This document shows, one piece after another, positions 57,216-64,000 of a DNA stretch of 64,000 nucleotides. Made by a program: the position numbers and the translations under genes. This stretch comes from Pirellulales bacterium (GTDB lineage Bacteria; Planctomycetota; Planctomycetia; Pirellulales; PNKZ01), in assembly GCA_036272935.1 (NCBI GenBank), contig DATAXP010000075.1, positions 20,511 to 84,510 on the forward strand. The letters are read 5' to 3'. The number at the start of each line of letters is the position of its first letter. The stretch's first letter is position 1. Below the pieces are notes generated by a model. That model had not been told where the DNA came from. It saw only the letters and a program-made list of their open reading frames with translations, and made no database searches.

Positions 57216-58292
57216 TTACCGCTGCATCGGCATTTGCGGCGAGGTGGGCTGCGCCTGGTACATCGGCTGCCCCTGGTAGATGCCCGGCCCGTAGCCCGGG
57301 ATTGCTGGGTTGGCAGCCGGGGTCGACAGGCCGCCCGGTTGCCAGGGAGCATTGCCGGCAGTCTGGATCACCGGATACTGCGACTGCCCGGGCATGGCGG
57401 CTTGAGAATATGCACCCGGCGGATACGCCCCCTCGCCGCCAGCGCGCTGGGCGAGCATTTGCTGCGCGTCGGCCTCGGCGCGGTGGAAGTCCTGGTAGGC
57501 GAGCACGCTGGTGAACCGCGGCGAAAGGTTCTGCGCCATGCCTTCGGGGCGGCGGTAGCTTTCGAGCTGCCCCGCGCGCCGCACGTGCAGCATCAGCTCG
57601 TCGAGTCCCCCGACCGTGCGCCATTGGCGGTGGACATGCGCGCCGTCGAGCGTCACATCGATGTCGACACCAGCAACCTTTTCGCCATTCGCCATCTTGC
57701 CCGAGAAGAAGCCGCTTTCGTTCACCTGACCGATCGCGCGATCCAGCTCGATCTTGGGCACGTCAAGCGTCCACGACTCGTAGATCATGTCGTTGCGCGA
57801 CCAGGGAGACTTCAGCGATTTGAGCCCCGATTCGACCGAGCCGGTAACGTGCGCGGTTGTCGATTTCGGCGAGGTGGGGATTGGCACCGGATGCGACTCG
57901 ATCACCACGCGGCACCGGGCGAAGCCGACGCGACCGGCGGGGTGCGGATAGTCGACCGTGAGCACGCCTCGCGCCGAGCCTGCCACCGGCGAACTTGGAT
58001 TGTCCTGGTACGAGACGAGCTGCCCTTCGATCTTGGCGATCGCCATCGGTTCGCACAGCTTGCTCGCGTCGAGCCGATACGTCACGTGGGCCGAGTCGTA
58101 GATGCCCGCGGCCGAGTCGAGCCGCACGCGATCCTGCCGGCCGGGAATCTTGCATCCGCCAATTGCGAACAGCAGCGCCGCCGAGCAGACGACACGCAGG
58201 GTGCCATGCCCACGTCGCGCAGCAGCGTGGGCATGTCCACGGCGGCCGTGGACATGGCACCGCCCGCTCGTCGATTCGCCTGGTCGGCTCAC
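57216..58292 (-). CDS. lipoprotein-like hypothetical protein with a Gln/Pro/Gly/Tyr-rich C-terminal tail
   Basis: LRVVCSAALLFAIGGCK lipobox-like segment. The tail reads YPPGAYSQAAMPGQSQYPVIQ...GYGPGIYQGQPMYQAQP. The nearest in-frame start is the GTG at complement 58290-58292, overlapping the cupin stop (GTGA). The track start at 58589 would overlap the cupin gene. Confidence 0.6.
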   Translation of the reverse strand: MSRPGESTSGRCHVHGRRGHAHAAARRGHGTLRVVCSAALLFAIGGCKIPGRQDRVRLDSAAGIYDSAHVTYRLDASKLCEPMAIAKIEGQLVSYQDNPSSPVAGSARGVLTVDYPHPAGRVGFARCRVVIESHPVPIPTSPKSTTAHVTGSVESGLKSLKSPWSRNDMIYESWTLDVPKIELDRAIGQVNESGFFSGKMANGEKVAGVDIDVTLDGAHVHRQWRTVGGLDELMLHVRRAGQLESYRRPEGMAQNLSPRFTSVLAYQDFHRAEADAQQMLAQRAGGEGAYPPGAYSQAAMPGQSQYPVIQTAGNAPWQPGGLSTPAANPAIPGYGPGIYQGQPMYQAQPTSPQMPMQR

Positions 58293-58624
58293 CGGTAATC
58301 CTCGCGGATGGGATGGAACACGTCGAGCGCCCGCAGTCCCTTGTCGCCGGCGACAATGCGATGCGGCGTGCCGCCGGGGATGCGCCACATCTCGCCCGCC
58401 TTCACGAGGCGCGATTGATCGCCGATGTCGAACTGGCCTGAACCTTCGAGCATCATGCCAACCTGCTCGTGCGGATGGCTGTGCGAGGGAATCTCGGCAG
58501 CCGGTTCCATCTCGACAATCGACAGCGTCATCTTCTCGCCGCAAGCAGTGAACATCTGCACGCCAGGGAAGGGCCGCCGATGGTTGCATTGGCTCTTATC
58601 GACGTAAAACTGATCCATCTTCAA
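58289..58624 (-). CDS. cupin domain protein
   Basis: PSHSHPHEQVGMMLEG...GEMWRIPGGTPHRIV (cupin motifs 1 and 2). 111 aa. Confidence 0.85.
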   Translation of the reverse strand: MKMDQFYVDKSQCNHRRPFPGVQMFTACGEKMTLSIVEMEPAAEIPSHSHPHEQVGMMLEGSGQFDIGDQSRLVKAGEMWRIPGGTPHRIVAGDKGLRALDVFHPIREDYR

Positions 58625-58647
58625 CGACCCTCACGCGCGGCAAGGTT

Positions 58648-59943
58648 TTACCAATTAATGCGATCCGATCCCAGTTCATCCTCGATGTGCAGCAAGCGAT
58701 TGTATTTCGCCAGGCGTTCGCTGCGCTGGATCGAGCCGATCTTGATCGTTTTGGTGGCGGTGCCCACGGCCAGATCGGCGATCGTGGTGTCCTCGGTTTC
58801 GCCGCTGCGGGCCGAGACAACGCGGCCATAATTCGAGTTTTGGGCAGTGCGCATCGTGCGCATCGTTTCTGATAGCGTGCCGATCTGGTTCACCTTGATC
58901 AGCACCGAGTTGGCCGCTCGCAACGAGATGCCGCGCCGCAGCCGATCGTCGCGCGTTGCAAATAAGTCATCGCCGACCAGCTTCACGCGCTCACCGAGCC
59001 GAGAAGTCAATGCTTGCCAGCCTTCCCAATCCTCCTCGGCCAGGCCGTCCTCGATGCTGGTAACCGGGAACTTGTCGACGATCTCTGCTAGCTGGTCGAT
59101 CATCTGCTGGCTGGTGAGCCGCGCGCCGCCGGTGGCCGCCAGGCGATAGTGCGAGCCGTCGTAGAACTGCGTGCTGGCAACGTCGATGGCGATCGTCACG
59201 TCCTCGGCCGGCCGCAGCCGCGCCGCCTCGATCGCGCGGACGATGAACTCGGCTGCTTGCGAGTTGCTCTTGAGTCGCGGGCCGTAGCCTCCTTCGTCGC
59301 CGACCAGACGGCCTTCGTAGCCGGCATCGCGCAGCAAGGTGCCCAGCCGCCGAAACACGCGCACGATCCACTCCAGCGCCTCGGCGTAGCTGCCAGCCCC
59401 GACGGGCATGATCAGGAAATCCTGAAAGTCGATGTTCCCGCCGGCGTGGGCGCCGCCGGAAATCATGTTCGTCATCGGCAGCGGAATGCGCGGCTGCACG
59501 GTGGCGGCTGAGCTGGGCGTGAGCCGCTGCCACAGATGGCAGATATGACGATACAGCGGGATGTGCTCGGCGGCGGCGGCAGCGTGGGCCGCGGCGAGCG
59601 ACGCGCCGAGGATCGCGTTGGCGCCGAGCCGTGATTTGCGCGGCGAGTTGTCGAGTTCGCACAGCCGGGCATCGACGGCAAATTGGTCGGCAACGTCCAT
59701 TCCCGCCAAGGCTGGCGCGATCACCTGCTCCACGTTCCGCACGGCTTGCAACACACCGCGGCCATCGTAGCGGTCGGGATCGCCGTCACGCAGCTCTTGT
59801 GCTTCGGCGCTACCGGTGCTCGCCCCAGCCGGCACGATGGCGCGCCCAGTCGCTCCGCCGGCGCATTGCATCTCCACCTCAACCGTGGGCGCGCCGCGGC
59901 TGTCGAGCACTTCCCAGGCGCGGACTTTCGTAATCGCAGTCAT
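58648..59943 (-). CDS. eno: enolase (phosphopyruvate hydratase)
   Basis: VRAWEVLDSRGAPTVEVE, SGETEDTTIADLAVG, IKIGSIQRSERLAKYNRLL. Confidence 0.95.
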   Translation of the reverse strand: MTAITKVRAWEVLDSRGAPTVEVEMQCAGGATGRAIVPAGASTGSAEAQELRDGDPDRYDGRGVLQAVRNVEQVIAPALAGMDVADQFAVDARLCELDNSPRKSRLGANAILGASLAAAHAAAAAEHIPLYRHICHLWQRLTPSSAATVQPRIPLPMTNMISGGAHAGGNIDFQDFLIMPVGAGSYAEALEWIVRVFRRLGTLLRDAGYEGRLVGDEGGYGPRLKSNSQAAEFIVRAIEAARLRPAEDVTIAIDVASTQFYDGSHYRLAATGGARLTSQQMIDQLAEIVDKFPVTSIEDGLAEEDWEGWQALTSRLGERVKLVGDDLFATRDDRLRRGISLRAANSVLIKVNQIGTLSETMRTMRTAQNSNYGRVVSARSGETEDTTIADLAVGTATKTIKIGSIQRSERLAKYNRLLHIEDELGSDRINW

Positions 59944-59947
59944 GCGT

Positions 59948-60997
59948 CTAAAAACTCGTCAACGCTTCGTTCCAGTTTTTCGGTGAATGGGCGAACAAGC
60001 CGAGGCACGCCATGCGCACCCGCTGGCGCGACGGTTCATCGTCGAGATATTCGATCCGGCTCTTGCCGTCGAGCCGTGCCCAAGCGCAGCCGGCCAGGTG
60101 CTGGATGCCGCGCTCGACGAGCTGGCCGTACTCGTCGTCGCCGATGCGCGGCCGCACTTGCGCCTCGTACGCGGCCAGGAACGCTTGCTCGAGCGCCCGG
60201 TGTTGCGCCGCGGCGGCGGGACGTGCGACGCGCTTCAACACCAGGTGAGCCAGGAACAGCCCCAGGTCGAAGGCGGGGTCGCCGAAGTGGCCGGTTTCGA
60301 AATCGACCATCATCAGCCCGCCGTCCCACACCAGCAGGTTCTTAGGGGTGAAATCGGCATGCACCAGCGAACGAGGATGCGCGAGCGTCGAGACAATCAG
60401 TCGATCGAGGTGCGCGCGGTGCTCGGGCCACGCGGCCGCCACGGCGCGGTAATAGGGATCGAGCCGCAACTCGTCGAACAAGGTGCGGTCCCCCAGCCGG
60501 CGCTCGATGTCCGCATCATTCCAGGTGCCGGCGTGCAGCACGCCAAGCAAGGTTCCGCACTGGCGTGCGATTTCAGGATCGAGCCGGCCAGCGAGCAAAT
60601 CGCGCTTCCACACCCGGTGGGCCCGGTCGGCGGCCGACATGGCAAACACGTAATTCTCGCGATCCTCGCCCACGATTCGCGGCGTGCGGGCGACCAACCC
60701 CGGCGGAGCATGGCGGCTAAGCACCTCGTCGCAGGCGCGCAACACGTCGATCTCGCGCCAGATGCGCTCGATGCTCGAAAACCACGGCTGCGGAGTACGC
60801 AACTGATGGCGGACCTGCTTGACGACGAACTCTTGGCCCGGCCGCTCGGGACGCTCGACGAAGAACACCTCGTTCGAAACGCCGCCAGCCAGCCGCGCCA
60901 CGGTAACTGGCTCGTCGGGGCCGATCCAGCCGCGCGTGCGCAGGTACGCGGCGGTGTTCTGTTCGTCGAGCAGCAGCGACATGACTTCGGCGGTCAT
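59948..60997 (-). CDS. phosphotransferase enzyme family protein (APH / methylthioribose-kinase-like fold)
   Basis: ARLAGGVSNEVFFV, VVKQ, Brenner-like LVHADFTPKNLLV, VDFETGHFGDPAFDLG. Confidence 0.75.
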   Translation of the reverse strand: MTAEVMSLLLDEQNTAAYLRTRGWIGPDEPVTVARLAGGVSNEVFFVERPERPGQEFVVKQVRHQLRTPQPWFSSIERIWREIDVLRACDEVLSRHAPPGLVARTPRIVGEDRENYVFAMSAADRAHRVWKRDLLAGRLDPEIARQCGTLLGVLHAGTWNDADIERRLGDRTLFDELRLDPYYRAVAAAWPEHRAHLDRLIVSTLAHPRSLVHADFTPKNLLVWDGGLMMVDFETGHFGDPAFDLGLFLAHLVLKRVARPAAAAQHRALEQAFLAAYEAQVRPRIGDDEYGQLVERGIQHLAGCAWARLDGKSRIEYLDDEPSRQRVRMACLGLFAHSPKNWNEALTSF

Positions 60998-61028
60998 GCC
61001 GACAGTTTAGCGGGGTAGATGGCAACAG

Positions 61029-61100
61029 CAACCAGCCCGAAGCGCAAGCGAGGGAGAACACTGTACCCGCCTCGCCCTCGCTTGCGCGTCGGGCTGGTTG
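61029..61100. repeat. 72-nt hairpin: roughly 28-nt arms (CAACCAGCCCGAAGCGCAAGCGAGGGAG / CTCGCCCTCGCTTGCGCGTCGGGCTGGTTG) with 2-3 mismatches
   Basis: Arms read as reverse complements by hand. A related single arm (CCAGCCCCGAGCGCGAGCGAGCGG) occurs at 43563-43586. Confidence 0.8.
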
Positions 61101-61323
61101 TCGGTTGGATCGTTTAACCCCTCGGTTGATGGTTAGTGGGTGGTGACAGCAAGATCGGCGCGATCGTTACAACACCACCGCCCGGCATGCCCACGCTCCC
61201 GGGGCATGCGCTGGATAAACGTGACCTACACTTATTCTGACCATGTAGTCTTGGAACCGACATGCGCTGGACCATCGACCGATGCGTCACGTTTGGTATG
61301 CCTACGGTTGGACGATGAACCAC

Positions 61324-61425
61324 ATGGATCGGCTCAGCTCGCGCGAGTGGCTGATCGTGCTGCTGAGCGTGGTGCTGTGGGGACTGTTTTGCATGCGCGG
61401 TTTTGGGTCACGCAAGGACTACTAG
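61324..61425 (+). CDS. candidate 33-aa single-helix membrane peptide upstream of the GGDEF gene
   Basis: Own translation MDRLSSREWLIVLLSVVLWGLFCMRGFGSRKDY. It is below the track cutoff. Confidence 0.35.
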   Translation: MDRLSSREWLIVLLSVVLWGLFCMRGFGSRKDY

Positions 61426-61462
61426 CCACTGGCGGGTCGACGATTTTGAGAGGTACACGGTA

Positions 61463-62470
61463 ATGTCTTGCTTTGCGCTATTCGATTTCGAGTTGCTGCG
61501 CAACTTGCCGATGTCGACGCCGTTGGCGTTGGCGATGGTAGCCTTTTTGGGCTACGTGTTCGGGCGGCATCGGAAGGTGCAGGTGATTTCCAGCGAGTCG
61601 ACCAATGCGCGGCGCGATATGAAGCGCGCCCAGGCGGTGGCCAAGGACCTCGAAGGGATCGCCAAGATGCTGCGCAAGAGCCTGGCGCGGCATCACGGCA
61701 GCATCGTGCGGTTCAAGGGGCGCGTGAGCGAGCTGAGCGAGCGCGGCGAAGAATCGGCCTGGCGCGACCTGTGCAAGGAAGTTGAAGAAATCCTGGGTCC
61801 GACCATCGAGCTGAGCACGCAGATCGCCCGCGCCTACGATGAAATCCGTCAGCAAAGCCATCAGTTGATGACATTCACCGAGGTGCGCACCGATCAGCTC
61901 ACCGGCGTGGCCAATCGCCGGGCGCTCGACGACACGCTCAAGAGCTGGGTGGCGATGAAGCACCGCTACGAACTGCACTTCTCGATCGTGATCCTCGACA
62001 TCGACCATTTCAAGCGCATCAACGACGAGCGGGGCCACGTGGTCGGCGACCAGGTGCTGCAGAGCGTCGCCCGGCTGATCGAGGAAGCGGCCCGCGAAAC
62101 CGACCTGGTGACGCGGTTCGGCGGCGAGGAGTTCGTGATCCTGATGCCGCAGACCGACATCGACGGAGCGTGCATCGGCGCCGAGCGCATCCGCAAAATG
62201 ATCGAAGGCAAGCTGACCGTCACGGTCAGCGGCGGCGTGGCCGAGGCGATCAACGGCGACACGCCCGAGCTGCTGCTCGAGCGGGCCGACGCGGCGATGT
62301 ATCATGCCAAGGCGGGCGGCCGCAACCGGGTCAGCTTCAGCGACGGCACGCGCGTGCAGGCAATCGCGTCACGCTGGAATCCGCCGACCGCGAAGGCCGA
62401 GGCTTCGCAGGAAGCGACGAAGGCCGACGCCCCGGCCGCTGCCGAGCCAGCGGAACCCGCCGCGGTCTAA
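61463..62470 (+). CDS. diguanylate cyclase (GGDEF domain, GGEEF active site, RxxD I-site) with an N-terminal TM helix and coiled coil
   Basis: DQLTGVANRRALDD, RETDLVTRFGGEEFVILMP, MYHAKAGGRNRV. The ATG at 61463 has GAGAGG upstream. Confidence 0.88.
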   Translation: MSCFALFDFELLRNLPMSTPLALAMVAFLGYVFGRHRKVQVISSESTNARRDMKRAQAVAKDLEGIAKMLRKSLARHHGSIVRFKGRVSELSERGEESAWRDLCKEVEEILGPTIELSTQIARAYDEIRQQSHQLMTFTEVRTDQLTGVANRRALDDTLKSWVAMKHRYELHFSIVILDIDHFKRINDERGHVVGDQVLQSVARLIEEAARETDLVTRFGGEEFVILMPQTDIDGACIGAERIRKMIEGKLTVTVSGGVAEAINGDTPELLLERADAAMYHAKAGGRNRVSFSDGTRVQAIASRWNPPTAKAEASQEATKADAPAAAEPAEPAAV

Positions 62471-63852
62471 AGCGAGCGGGCATCACGATAGGCCTGGAAG
62501 AACGCGCGCCGGCAGGCCGCGTTGCGAGCCCAACAACGGGCGATGCGGCGCAGATCGCGGCGCTCTTGCCGCTTGCTCATTCGGCGCACGAAGCGGACTA
62601 CTGATGCCTCGGCCAGGGCCGCACGACCGTCGACCATGCGCAGATGGTCGGCCGTCAGCTTTGAGGCATTGATTCGCCACCAGTGCAGTCGGCCGAGCAG
62701 GCGACCGACCGCCGCTGCGTCTGTCGCGCCTTCCGGCACACCTGCTGGACAACGCTCGCACACCAACAGACCCGCAGATGGAATCACGAGCAGCGGGCGA
62801 GGCACGTCGATGCCGCGGGCAAGCTGGGCGTGTTCGATCAACCAGCGACGCAATGCGTCGGATCGCCGCGGGAACCTGATGACCTCGGCGCCGTTGACCA
62901 GCATGGCTGCGCGCTGGGTTGAGACATCGCGCACCGCGTGTACACGCTGGCTTTGAAGCTCGAAGCGATAGAAATCGCGATTGTCGGCCAGCGCTCGCTT
63001 GTCGCGGCGGGCCATCAGCCGCAGCCCGTAGCGGCGCGTGCGAAGCGCGATCTCGCTCAGGGCGCGCCGGCAATCGAGCGACTGCCATCCTCGCCGGTGG
63101 CGCAGATAGTGAACGAAGAACCGCAGGCGCTCGCGGCGCGTTACCCGATCGAGCCAGTCCCAGTTCATCATCACCAGGTTCGCGCGGCATCGGCGCCACG
63201 AGAGTGCGGCCGACAAACGCACTCCCGGCACATCGACCCAGTGCAGGCGCGGCTTGCCGCCTTCGAGCCGTACCAGGACGTTGCCCGAGTGCGGGTCGTT
63301 ATGGTAGGCGCCAGCATCGTGGGCCGCGGCGGTCAACTCGGCCAGTGCCTCGAGCAGTGCCCGGCGCATGTTGGTGCGGTCGGGCACGTCGAGCTGCGGC
63401 AGCTGGGTCGCCACGAAATCGGTCAGACTCGTAGCGTCGTCGATCGCCGCGGTGAGCAGAAAGTTATCGTTGGTAGCCTGCCCGAATGCCACAGGCGCCA
63501 CCGCTGGCAAATGTCGGCGGGCCAGCTCGAGCGCCCGGCAATATTCACGCTCGGAAGCACTCGATCGTAGTAAGTCGCGGAGCCGATCGATCCAGCCACT
63601 GGCGCGGTAGCGCTTCAAAAAGAACGATTGCCGCGGCAGATCGATGCGATACACGGTGCGATGCGTCCCGTGCTTGACGACGCGCGCGGTGCCCGTGCCG
63701 AGCCAGGCGAGCAAGTCGCCGCCGTGTGCCGCGGGCAGCTCGGCCTGCCAGCGTGGGTCGATGTGCCAACACACTTCGCAATCGGCCAGGGCCGAGAGAT
63801 CGTGTTCCATCACACGTCGTCCCTGACGTAGCACAACAAACTCGCGTCGCAA
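62467..63852 (-). CDS. lipopolysaccharide (Kdo/WaaP/InaA-type) kinase family protein with an extended C-terminal region
   Basis: RTVYRIDLPRQSFFLKRY, GAYHNDPHSGNVLV, WVDVPGV. Its stop overlaps the convergent GGDEF stop by 4 nt. Confidence 0.7.
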   Translation of the reverse strand: MRREFVVLRQGRRVMEHDLSALADCEVCWHIDPRWQAELPAAHGGDLLAWLGTGTARVVKHGTHRTVYRIDLPRQSFFLKRYRASGWIDRLRDLLRSSASEREYCRALELARRHLPAVAPVAFGQATNDNFLLTAAIDDATSLTDFVATQLPQLDVPDRTNMRRALLEALAELTAAAHDAGAYHNDPHSGNVLVRLEGGKPRLHWVDVPGVRLSAALSWRRCRANLVMMNWDWLDRVTRRERLRFFVHYLRHRRGWQSLDCRRALSEIALRTRRYGLRLMARRDKRALADNRDFYRFELQSQRVHAVRDVSTQRAAMLVNGAEVIRFPRRSDALRRWLIEHAQLARGIDVPRPLLVIPSAGLLVCERCPAGVPEGATDAAAVGRLLGRLHWWRINASKLTADHLRMVDGRAALAEASVVRFVRRMSKRQERRDLRRIARCWARNAACRRAFFQAYRDARSL

Positions 63853-63878
63853 GCACGCGGCTAAATGAGAACAATCAT

Positions 63879-64000
63879 CTAAAACACGCCTTCGGCCGGG
63901 TTGTAGCCGAGTTGCTTGGCCTTGGCAAAGTCGGCGGTGGCGCGATCGGCCTGCCCCATCTTCTCAAACACCTCGCCGCGATGGTGGTATAGCACGCTGA
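63879..64000 (-). CDS. TPR-like protein, C-terminal end only (gene enters from beyond the window end)
   Basis: Own translation ...VLYHHRGEVFEKMGQADRATADFAKAKQLGYNPAEGVF, stop at complement 63879-63881. Confidence 0.5.
   Translation of the reverse strand, partial: SVLYHHRGEVFEKMGQADRATADFAKAKQLGYNPAEGVF

Noticed and set aside
56965-57624. 219-aa minus-strand ORF as an independent gene.
   Set aside because: Its upstream two thirds overlap the lipoprotein-like gene out of frame and are Arg/Ala-rich. Only its last roughly 70 codons look real, and I interpret those as the displaced N-terminal segment of the frameshifted TPR pseudogene.

Overview
High-GC bacterial chromosomal window, most likely Planctomycetota. 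Supporting that call: a PSCyt/DUF1549/DUF1553 plus DUF1501 gene pair, a TAT-signal Gfo/Idh/MocA oxidoreductase, a SecG with a long Pro/Thr/Ala tail, and peptidoglycan genes with no fts neighbours. GC content was judged by eye and not computed. I support about 55 protein genes and one tRNA-Leu(GAG). I found no rRNA, no CRISPR array and no intact mobile element. Most content is housekeeping: pyrB (partial), gmd, hldE, gluQ, murE-murF-mraY-murG, a carbonic anhydrase-tpiA-secG-yicC-gmk-rpoZ-coaC-coaB run, and eno. Signalling genes are interleaved: a GAF adenylate/guanylate cyclase, a hybrid histidine kinase, a GGDEF protein and an ABC1/UbiB kinase. Main observations: (1) An Anbu proteasome-homologue gene lies divergent from a transglutaminase / circularly permuted ATP-grasp / alpha-E / transglutaminase operon, a computationally predicted peptide-ligation and proteolysis system with no known substrate. 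(2) A DevBCA-type exporter has two permease paralogues and ATGA start/stop overlaps throughout, and its ATPase is fused to a cyclic-nucleotide-binding domain. (3) Every intergenic spacer of the tpiA..coaC string holds a different long inverted repeat built from short degenerate words. (4) REP/REPIN-like [G/T]TAG-plus-GC-hairpin elements flank an esterase-CapA gene, next to a truncated RayT-type Y1 transposase in a lower-GC islet. (5) Several genes show decay or recoding: coaC/coaB are split by an in-frame TAG, a TPR gene is broken by a 7-bp tandem duplication, and a PSCyt/DUF1501 pair is frameshifted and internally deleted. All family assignments rest on motifs I read in the translations. No database search was run.
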